This document shows, piece after piece, positions 52,614-64,000 of a stretch of 64,000 nt of DNA (position 1 is the first letter of the stretch; each line of letters starts with the position of its first letter). The position numbers were made by a program, and so were the translations under genes. This stretch comes from Balanoglossus misakiensis (Eukaryota; Animalia; Hemichordata), in assembly GCA_040954595.2 (NCBI GenBank), contig CM082584.2, positions 1,891,344-1,955,343 of the forward strand, given 5' to 3'. The notes below the pieces were generated by a model that worked only from the letters and a program-made list of their open reading frames with translations, was not told the DNA's origin and did no database searches.

Positions 52614-55600
52614 TATCTACCCTGATGCATCATCAACCTTGCTTCGCCATTTGCCCTGATGCAAAGAATCAGATTCAATGTCATCGTTGCATTAGCAATG
52701 TCAAATTAGAGTGCTTTTGGCCACGTATTAACCTATGGATTTACATTTAACATTAAATACCCATGTGAAAGTGCAGAGTTTGCATCACCATCTACTCTGA
52801 TGCATAATTGAGCTTGCTTCGCCATTTGCCCTAATGCAAAGAATCCCATACAATGTCACCATTGCATATGCAATGTCAAAGTACAGTGCTTTCCGCCACA
52901 TATTAACCCAGGGATTTACAGACAACTTTAAATCCCCCTGTAGGCATTTTATACCCATGTCAAAGTGCAGAGCTTGCATCACTATCTACCCTGATGCATC
53001 ATCAACCTTGCTTCGCCATTTACCCTGATGCAAAGAATCAGATTCAATGTCATCGCTGCATTAGCAATGTCAAAGTACAGTGTTTTTGGACACGTATTAA
53101 CCCAGGGATTTACAGACAACTTTAAATCCCCCTTTAGGCATTTTATACCCATGTCAAAGTGAAGTGTTTGCATCACTATCTACCCTGATGCATCATAAAG
53201 CTTGCTACGCCATTTACCCTGATGCAAAGAATCAGATTCAATGTCATCATTGCATTAGCAATGTCAAAGTACAGTGCTTTTCGACACGTATTAACCCACA
53301 GATTTTTCAACAACCTGAAATCCCCATATGCATTTAATACCCATGTCGAAGTGAAGTGTTTGCATTACTATCTACCCTGATGCATCATAAAGCTTGCTAC
53401 GCCATTTACCCTGATGCAAAGAATCAGATTCAATGTCATCGTTGCATTAGCAATGTCAAAGTACAGTGCTTTTGGACACGTATTAACCCACAGATTTTTC
53501 AACAACCTGAAATCCTCATATGCATTTAATACCCATGTCAAAGTGAAGTGTTAGCATTACTATCTACCCTGATGCATCATAAAGCTTGCTACGCCATATA
53601 CCCTGATGCAAAGAATCAGATTTAATGTCATCGTTGCATTAGCAATGTCAAATTATAGTGCTTTTGGACACGTATTAACCCAGGGATTTATCATCAACTT
53701 GAAATCCCCATATGCATTTAATACCAATGTCAAAGTGAAGTGATTGCATCACTATCTACTCTGATGCATCATAAACCTTGCTTCGCCATTTGCCATGATG
53801 CAAAGAATCAGATTCAATGTCATCGTTCCATTAGCAATGTCAAATTAGAGTGCTTTTGGCCACGTATTAACCTATGGATTTACATTTAACATTAAATACC
53901 CATGTGAAAGTGCAGAGTTTGCATCACCATCTACTCTGATGCATAATTGAGCTTGCTTCGCCATTTGCCCTAATGCAAAGAATCCCATTCAATGTCACCA
54001 TTGCATATGCAATGTCAAAGTACAGTGCTTTCCGCCACATATTAACCCAGGGATTTACAGACAACTTTAAATCCCCCTGTAGGCATTTTATACCCATGTC
54101 AAAGTGCAGAGCTTGCATCACTATCTACCCTGATGCATAATCAACCTTGCTTCGCCATTTACCCTGATGCAAAGAATCAGATTCAATGTCATCGTTGCAT
54201 TAGCAATGTCAATGTACAGTGCTTTTGGACACGTATTAACCCAGGGATTTACAGACAACTTTAAATCCCCCTGTAGGCATTTTATACACATGTCAAAGTG
54301 AAGGGCTTGCATCACTATCTACCCTGATGCATAATCAACCTTGCTTCGCCATTTACCCTGATGCAAAGAATCAGATTCAATGTCATCATTGCATTTGCCC
54401 TGATGCAAAGAATCAGATTCAATGTCATCGTTGCATTAGCAATGTCAAATTAGAGTGCTTTTGGCCACGTATTAACCTATGGATTTACATTTAACATTAA
54501 ATACCCATGTGAAAGTGCAGAGTTTGCATCACCATCTACTCTGATGCATAATTGAGCTTGCTTCGCCATTTGCCCTAATGCAAAGAATCCCATACAATGT
54601 CACCATTGCATATGCAATGTCAAAGTACAGTGCTTTCCGCCACATATTAACCCAGGGATTTACAGACAACTTTAAATCCCCCTGTAGGCATTTTATACCC
54701 ATGTCAAAGTGCAGAGCTTGCATCACTATCTACCCTGATGCATAATCAACCTTGCTTCGCCATTTACCCTGATGCAAAGAATCAGATTCAATGTCATCGT
54801 TGCATTAGCAATGTCAAAGTACAGTGCTTTTGGACACATATTAACCCACAGATTTTTCAACAACCTGAATTCCCCATATGCATTTAATACCCATGTCAAA
54901 GTGAAGTGTTTGCATCACTATCTACCCTGATGCATCATAAAGCTTGCTACGCCATTTGCCCTGATGCAGAGAATCAGATTCAATGTCATCGTTCCATTAG
55001 CAATGTCAAATTAGAGTGCTTTTGGCCACGTATTAACCTATGGATTTACATTTAACATTTAATACCCATGTGAAAGTGCAGAGTTTGCATCACCATCTAC
55101 TCTGATGCATCATTGAGCTTGCTTCGCCATTTGCCCTAATGCAAAGAATCCCATTCAATGTCACCATTGCATATGCAATGTCAAAGTACAGTGCTTTCCG
55201 CCACGTATTAACCCAGGGATTTACAGACAACTTTAAATCCCCCTGTAGGCATTTTATACCCATGTCAAAGTGCAGAGCTTGCATCACTATCTACCCTGAT
55301 GCATCATCAACCTTGCTTCGCCATTTACCCTGATGCAAAGAATCAGATTCAATGTCATCATTGCATTTGCCCTGATGCAAAGAATCAGATTCAATGTCAT
55401 CGTTGCATTAGCAATGTCAAATTAGAGTGCTTTTGGCCACGTATTAACCTATGGATTTACATTTAACATTAAATACCCATGTGAAAGTGCAGAGTTTGCA
55501 TCACCATCTACTCTGATGCATAATTGAGCTTGCTTCGCCATTTGCCCTAATGCAAAGAATCCCATACAATGTCACCATTGCATATGCAATGTCAAAGTAC

Positions 55601-58600
55601 AGTGCTTTCCGCCACATATTAACCCAGGGATTTACAGACAACTTTAAATCCCCCTGTAGGCATTTTATACCCATGTCAAAGTGCAGAGCTTGCATCACTA
55701 TCTACCCTGATGCATAATCAACCTTGCTTCGCCATTTACCCTGATGCAAAGAATCAGATTCAATGTCATCGTTGCATTAGCAATGTCAAAGTACAGTGCT
55801 TTTGGACACATATTAACCCACAGATTTTTCAACAACCTGAATTCCCCATATGCATTTAATACCCATGTCAAAGTGAAGTGTTTGCATCACTATCTACCCT
55901 GATGCATCATAAAGCTTGCTACGCCATTTGCCCTGATGCAGAGAATCAGATTCAATGTCATCGTTCCATTAGCAATGTCAAATTAGAGTGCTTTTGGCCA
56001 CGTATTAACCTATGGATTTACATTTAACATTTAATACCCATGTGAAAGTGCAGAGTTTGCATCACCATCTACTCTGATGCATCATTGAGCTTGCTTCGCC
56101 ATTTGCCCTAATGCAAAGAATCCCATTCAATGTCACCATTGCATATGCAATGTCAAAGTACAGTGCTTTCCGCCACGTATTAACCCAGGGATTTACAGAC
56201 AACTTTAAATCCCCCTGTAGGCATTTTATACCCATGTCAAAGTGCAGAGCTTGCATCACTATCTACCCTGATGCATCATCAACCTTGCTTCGCCATTTAC
56301 CCTGATGCAAAGAATCAGATTCAATGTCATCATTGCATTTGCCCTGATGCAAAGAATCAGATTCAATGTCATCGTTGCATTAGCAATGTCAAATTAGAGT
56401 GCTTTTGGCCACGTATTAACCTATGGATTTACATTTAACATTAAATACCCATGTGAAAGTGCAGAGTTTGCATCACCATCTACTCTGATGCATAATTGAG
56501 CTTGCTTCGCCATTTGCCCTAATGCAAAGAATCCCATACAATGTCACCATTGCATATGCAATGTCAAAGTACAGTGCTTTCCGCCACATATTAACCCAGG
56601 GATTTACAGACAACTTTAAATCCCCCTGTAGGCATTTTATACCCATGTCAAAGTGCAGAGCTTGCATCACTATCTACCCTGATGCATAATCAACCTTGCT
56701 TCGCCATTTACCCTGATGCAAAGAATCAGATTCAATGTCATCGTTGCATTAGCAATGTCAAAGTACAGTGCTTTTGGACACATATTAACCCACAGATTTT
56801 TCAACAACCTGAATTCCCCATATGCATTTAATACCCATGTCAAAGTGAAGTGTTTGCATCACTATCTACCCTGATGCATCATAAAGCTTGCTACGCCATT
56901 TGCCCTGATGCAGAGAATCAGATTCAATGTCATCGTTCCATTAGCAATGTCAAATTAGAGTGCTTTTGGCCACGTATTAACCTATGGATTTACATTTAAC
57001 ATTTAATACCCATGTGAAAGTGCAGAGTTTGCATCACCATCTACTCTGATGCATCATTGAGCTTGCTTCGCCATTTGCCCTAATGCAAAGAATCCCATTC
57101 AATGTCACCATTGCATATGCAATGTCAAAGTACAGTGCTTTCCGCCACGTATTAACCCAGGGATTTACAGACAACTTTAAATCCCCCTGTAGGCATTTTA
57201 TACCCATGTCAAAGTGCAGAGCTTGCATCACTATCTACCCTGATGCATAATCAACCTTGCTTCGCCATTTACCCTGATGCAAAGAATCAGATTCAATGTC
57301 ATCGTTGCATTAGCAATGTCAAAGTACAGTGCTTTTGGACTCATATTAACCCACAGATTTTTCAACAACCTGAATTCCCCATATGCATTTAATACCCATG
57401 TCAAAGTGAAGTGTTTGCATCACTATCTACCCTGATGCATCATAAAGCTTGCTACGCCATTTGCCCTGATGCAGAGAATCAGATTCAATGTCATCGTTCC
57501 ATTAGCAATGTCAAATTAGAGTGCTTTTGGCCACGTATTAACCTATGGATTTACATTTAACATTTAATACCCATGTGAAAGTGCAGAGTTTGCATCACCA
57601 TCTACTCTGATGCATCATTGAGCTTGCTTCGCCATTTGCCCTAATGCAAAGAATCCCATTCAATGTCACCATTGCATATGCAATGTCAAAGTACAGTGCT
57701 TTCCGCCACGTATTAACCCAGGGATTTACAGACAACTTTAAATCCCCCTGTAGGCATTTTATACCCATGTCAAAGTGCAGAGCTTGCATCACTATCTACC
57801 CTGATGCATCATCAACCTTGCTTCGCCATTTACCCTGATGCAAAGAATCAGATTCAATGTCATCATTGCATTTGCCCTGATGCAAAGAATCAGATTCAAT
57901 GTCATCGTTGCATTAGCAATGTCAAATTAGAGTGCTTTTGGCCACGTATTAACCTATGGATTTACATTTAACATTAAATACCCATGTGAAAGTGCAGAGT
58001 TTGCATCACCATCTACTCTGATGCATAATTGAGCTTGCTTCGCCATTTGCCCTAATGCAAAGAATCCCATACAATGTCACCATTGCATATGCAATGTCAA
58101 AGTACAGTGCTTTCCGCCACATATTAACCCAGGGATTTACAGACAACTTTAAATCCCCCTGTAGGCATTTTATACCCATGTCAAAGTGCAGAGCTTGCAT
58201 CACTATCTACCCTGATGCATAATCAACCTTGCTTCGCCATTTACCCTGATGCAAAGAATCAGATTCAATGTCATCGTTGCATTAGCAATGTCAAAGTACA
58301 GTGCTTTTGGACACATATTAACCCACAGATTTTTCAACAACCTGAATTCCCCATATGCATTTAATACCCATGTCAAAGTGAAGTGTTTGCATCACTATCT
58401 ACCCTGATGCATCATAAAGCTTGCTACGCCATTTGCCCTGATGCAGAGAATCAGATTCAATGTCATCGTTCCATTAGCAATGTCAAATTAGAGTGCTTTT
58501 GGCCACGTATTAACCTATGGATTTACATTTAACATTTAATACCCATGTGAAAGTGCAGAGTTTGCATCACCATCTACTCTGATGCATCATTGAGCTTGCT

Positions 58601-61600
58601 TCGCCATTTGCCCTAATGCAAAGAATCCCATTCAATGTCACCATTGCATATGCAATGTCAAAGTACAGTGCTTTCCGCCACGTATTAACCCAGGGATTTA
58701 CAGACAACTTTAAATCCCCCTGTAGGCATTTTATACCCATGTCAAAGTGCAGAGCTTGCATCACTATCTACCCTGATGCATCATCAACCTTGCTTCGCCA
58801 TTTACCCTGATGCAAAGAATCAGATTCAATGTCATCATTGCATTTGCCCTGATGCAAAGAATCAGATTCAATGTCATCGTTGCATTAGCAATGTCAAATT
58901 AGAGTGCTTTTGGCCACGTATTAACCTATGGATTTACATTTAACATTAAATACCCATGTGAAAGTGCAGAGTTTGCATCACCATCTACTCTGATGCATAA
59001 TTGAGCTTGCTTCGCCATTTGCCCTAATGCAAAGAATCCCATACAATGTCACCATTGCATATGCAATGTCAAAGTACAGTGCTTTCCGCCACATATTAAC
59101 CCAGGGATTTACAGACAACTTTAAATCCCCCTGTAGGCATTTTATACCCATGTCAAAGTGCAGAGCTTGCATCACTATCTACCCTGATGCATAATCAACC
59201 TTGCTTCGCCATTTACCCTGATGCAAAGAATCAGATTCAATGTCATCGTTGCATTAGCAATGTCAAAGTACAGTGCTTTTGGACACATATTAACCCACAG
59301 ATTTTTCAACAACCTGAATTCCCCATATGCATTTAATACCCATGTCAAAGTGAAGTGTTTGCATCACTATCTACCCTGATGCATCATAAAGCTTGCTACG
59401 CCATTTGCCCTGATGCAGAGAATCAGATTCAATGTCATCGTTCCATTAGCAATGTCAAATTAGAGTGCTTTTGGCCACGTATTAACCTATGGATTTACAT
59501 TTAACATTTAATACCCATGTGAAAGTGCAGAGTTTGCATCACCATCTACTCTGATGCATCATTGAGCTTGCTTCGCCATTTGCCCTAATGCAAAGAATCC
59601 CATTCAATGTCACCATTGCATATGCAATGTCAAAGTACAGTGCTTTCCGCCACGTATTAACCCAGGGATTTACAGACAACTTTAAATCCCCCTGTAGGCA
59701 TTTTATACCCATGTCAAAGTGCAGAGCTTGCATCACTATCTACCCTGATGCATCATCAACCTTGCTTCGCCATTTACCCTGATGCAAAGAATCAGATTCA
59801 ATGTCATCATTGCATTTGCCCTGATGCAAAGAATCAGATTCAATGTCATCGTTGCATTAGCAATGTCAAATTAGAGTGCTTTTGGCCACGTATTAACCTA
59901 TGGATTTACATTTAACATTAAATACCCATGTGAAAGTGCAGAGTTTGCATCACCATCTACTCTGATGCATAATTGAGCTTGCTTCGCCATTTGCCCTAAT
60001 GCAAAGAATCCCATACAATGTCACCATTGCATATGCAATGTCAAAGTACAGTGCTTTCCGCCACATATTAACCCAGGGATTTACAGACAACTTTAAATCC
60101 CCCTGTAGGCATTTTATACCCATGTCAAAGTGCAGAGCTTGCATCACTATCTACCCTGATGCATAATCAACCTTGCTTCGCCATTTACCCTGATGCAAAG
60201 AATCAGATTCAATGTCATCGTTGCATTAGCAATGTCAAAGTACAGTGCTTTTGGACACATATTAACCCACAGATTTTTCAACAACCTGAATTCCCCATAT
60301 GCATTTAATACCCATGTCAAAGTGAAGTGTTTGCATCACTATCTACCCTGATGCATCATAAAGCTTTCTACGCCATTTACCCTGATGCAAAGAATCATAA
60401 TCAATGTCATCGTTGCATTAGCAATGTCAAAGTACAGTGCTTTTGGACACGTATTAACCCACAGATTTTTCAACAACCTGAAATCCTCATATGCATTTAA
60501 TACCCATGTCAAAGTGAAGTGTTTGCATTACTATCTACCCTGATGCATCATAAAGCTTGCTACGCCATATACCCTGATGCAAAGAATCAGATTCAATGTC
60601 ATCGTTGCATTAGCAATGTCAAATTATAGTGCTTTTGGACACGTATTAACCCAGGGATTTATCATCAACTTGAAATCCCCATATGCATTTAATACCAATG
60701 TCAAAGTGAAGTGATTGCATCACTATCTACTCTGATGCATCATAAACCTTGCTTCGCCATTTGCCATGATGCAAAGAATCAGATTCAATGTCATCGTTCC
60801 ATTAGCAATGTCAAATTAGAGTGCTTTTGGCCACGTATTAACCTATGGATTTACATTTAACATTAAATACCCATGTGAAAGTGCAGAGTTTGCATCACCA
60901 TCTACTCTGATGCATAATGGAGCTTGCTTCGCCATTTGCCCTAATGCAAAGAATCCCATTCAATGTCACCATTGCATATGCAATGTCAAAGTACAGTGCT
61001 TTCCGCCACATATTAACCCAGGGATTTACAGACAACTTTAAATCCCCCTGTAGGCATTTTATACCCATGTCAAAGTGCAGAGCTTGCATCACTATCTACC
61101 CTGATGCATAATCAACCTTGCTTCGCCATTTACCCTGATGCAAAGAATCAGATTCAATGTCATCGTTGCATTAGCAATGTCAAAGTACAGTGCTTTTGGA
61201 CACGTATTAACCCAGGGATTTACAGACAACTTTAAATCCCCCTGTAGGCATTTTATACACATGTCAAAGTGAAGGGCTTGCATCACTATCTACCCTGATG
61301 CATAATCAACCTTGCTTCGCCATTTACCCTGATGCAAAGAATCAGATTCAATGTCATCATTGCATTAGCAATGTCAAAGTACAGTGCTTTTCGACACGTA
61401 TTAACCCACAGATTTTTCAACAACCTGAAATCCCCATATGCATTTAATACCCATGTCAAAGTGAAGTGTTTGCATCACTATCTACCCTGATGCATCATAA
61501 AGCTTGCTACGCCATTTACCCTGATGCAAAGAATCAGATTCAATGTCATCGTTGCATTAGCAATGTCAAATTATAGTGCTTTTGGACACGTATTAACCCA

Positions 61601-64000
61601 GGGATTTATCATCAACTTGAAATCCCCATATGCATTTAATACCAATGTCAAAGTGAAGTGATTGCATCACTATCTACTCTGATGCATCATAAACCTTGCT
61701 TCGCCATTTGCCATGATGCAAAGAATCAGATTCAATGTCATCGTTCCATTAGCAATGTCAAATTAGAGTGCTTTTGGCCACGTATTAACCTATGGATTTA
61801 CATTTAACATTAAATACCCATGTGAAAGTGCAGAGTTTGCATCACCATCTACTCTGATGCATAATGGAGCTTGCTTCGCCATTTGCCCTAATGCAAAGAA
61901 TCCCATTCAATGTCACCATTGCATATGCAATGTCAAAGTACAGTGCTTTCCGCCACATATTAACCCAGGGATTTACAGACAACTTTAAATCCCCCTGTAG
62001 GCATTTTATACCCATGTCAAAGTGCAGAGCTTGCATCACTATCTACCCTGATGCATAATCAACCTTGCTTCGCCATTTACCCTGATGCAAAGAATCAGAT
62101 TCAATGTCATCGTTGCATTAGCAATGTCAAAGTACAGTGCTTTTGGACACGTATTAACCCAGGGATTTACAGACAACTTTAAATCCCCCTGTAGGCATTT
62201 TATACACATGTCAAAGTGAAGGGCTTGCATCACTATCTACCCTGATGCATAATCAACCTTGCTTCGCCATTTACCCTGATGCAAAGAATCAGATTCAATG
62301 TCATCATTGCATTAGCAATGTCAAAGTACAGTGCTTTTCGACACGTATTAACCCACAGATTTTTCAACAACCTGAAATCCCCATATGCATTTAATACCCA
62401 TGTCAAAGTGAAGTGTTTGCATCACTATCTACCCTGATGCATCATAAAGCTTGCTACGCCATTTACCCTGATGCAAAGAATCAGATTCAATGTCATCGTT
62501 ACATTAGCAATGTCAAAGTACAGTGCTTTTGGACACGTATTAACCCAGGGATTTATCATCAACTTGAAATCCCCATATGCATTTAATACCCATGTCAAAG
62601 TGAAGTGATTGCATCACTATCTACCCTGATGCATCATCAACCTTGCTTCGCCATTTGCCCAGATGCAAAGAATCAGATTCAATGTCATCGTTGCATTAGC
62701 AATGTCAAATTAGAGTGCTTTTGGCCACGTATTAACCTATGGATTTACATTTAACATTAAATACCCATGTGAAAGTGCAGAGTTTGCATCACCATCTACT
62801 CTGATGCATCATTGAGCTTGCTTCGCCATTTGCCCTAATGCAAAGAATCCCATTCAATGTCACCATTGCATATGCAATGTCAAAGTACAGTGCTTTCAGC
62901 CACGTATTAACCCAGGGATTTACAGACAACTTTAAATCCCCCTGTAGGCATTTTATACCCATGTCAAAGTGAAGTGTTTGCATCACTATCTACCCTGATG
63001 CGTCATAAAGCTTGCTACGCCATTTACCCTGATGCAAAGAATCAGATTCAATGTCATCGTTGCATTAGCAATGTCAAAGTACAGTGCTTTTGGACACGTA
63101 TTAACCCACAGATTTTTCAACAACCTGAAATCCCCATATGCATTTAATACCCATGTCAAAGTGAAGTGTTTGCATCACTATCTACCCTGATGCATCATAA
63201 AGCTTGCTACGCCATATACCCTGATGCAAAGAATCAGATTCAATGTCATCGTTGCATTAGCAATGTCAAAGTACAGTGCTTTTGGACACGTATTAACCCA
63301 GGGATTTATCATCAACTTGAAATCCCCATATGCATTTAATACCCATGTCAAAGTGAAGTGATTGCATCACTATCTACCCTGATGCATCATCAACCTTGCT
63401 TCGCCATTTGCCCAGATGCAAAGAATCAGATTCAATGTCATCGTTGCATTAGCAATGTCAAATTAGAGTGCTTTTGGCCACGTATTAACCTATGGATTTA
63501 CATTTAACATTAAATACCCATGTGAAAGTGCAGAGTTTGCATCACCATCTACTCTGATGCATCATTGAGCTTGCTTCGCCATTTGCCCTAATGCAAAGAA
63601 TCCCATTCAATGTCACCATTGCATATGCAATGTCAAAGTACAGTGCTTTCAGCCACGTATTAACCCAGGGATTTACAGACAACTTTAAATCCCCCTGTAG
63701 GCATTTTATACCCATGTCAAAGTGAAGTGTTTGCATCACTATCTACCCTGATGCGTCATAAAGCTTGCTACGCCATTTACCCTGATGCAAAGAATCAGAT
63801 TCAATGTCATCGTTGCATTAGCAATGTCAAAGTACAGTGCTTTTGGACACGTATTAACCCACAGATTTTTCAACAACCTGAAATCCCCATATGCATTTAA
63901 TACCCATGTCAAAGTGAAGTGTTTGCATCACTATCTACCCTGATGCATCATAAAGCTTGCTACGCCATATACCCTGATGCAAAGAATCAGATTCAATGTC
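52614..64000. repeat. Satellite DNA array (right part)
   Basis: Same monomer family and orientation, continuing to the window end. Confidence 0.98.
54310..60330. repeat. Young homogeneous 972-bp HOR (6 junction copies) containing a 217-bp composite monomer
   Basis: The junction CATCATTGCATT|TGCCCTGATG occurs at ~54395, 55367, 56339, 57872, 58844 and 59816 (spacings 972, 972, 1533, 972, 972). 217+194+192+175+194=972. Confidence 0.92.

Noticed and set aside
593-63739. More than 100 near-identical 64-65 aa ORFs (MMQALHFDMGIK..., MQRIPFNV...)
   Set aside because: They are translations of satellite monomers on both strands. They appear or vanish with monomer length class and single substitutions, and show no recognisable domain.
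1-64000. CRISPR-like array or repeat-with-variable-cassette system
   Set aside because: Variable segments belong to a few recurring homologous classes rather than unique spacers, and there are no cas or other associated genes.

Overview
This is eukaryotic (probably animal) satellite DNA and contains no host genes. About 93% of the window is one head-to-tail array, all on one strand, made of 194, 192, 192 and 175 bp monomer variants. These form a basic 947-bp 5-mer higher-order repeat (HOR), with derived HORs of 561, 753, 972, 1141 and 2088 bp and block duplications at offsets of about 8.1, 11.0, 24.9 and 34.1 kb. The array is interrupted by two recent non-autonomous transposons. (1) 35803-38024 (minus strand) is an internally deleted tyrosine-recombinase retrotransposon of the Ngaro/PAT type. 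It has split direct repeats A1-B1-A2-B2, a gag-like 5' stub joined to a YR C-terminus, a palindromic circle-junction site and no target-site duplication (TSD). (2) 50595-52613 is a TIR DNA transposon with CCC termini, a TA TSD, many subterminal repeats and an internal 51-bp minisatellite, most consistent with CMC/EnSpm. The most notable pattern is that the retrotransposon insertion, a 44-bp deletion and the 42-bp junction founding a young 972-bp HOR all break at the centre of the same dyad in the monomer. The many 64-65 aa ORFs are artefacts of the repeat.
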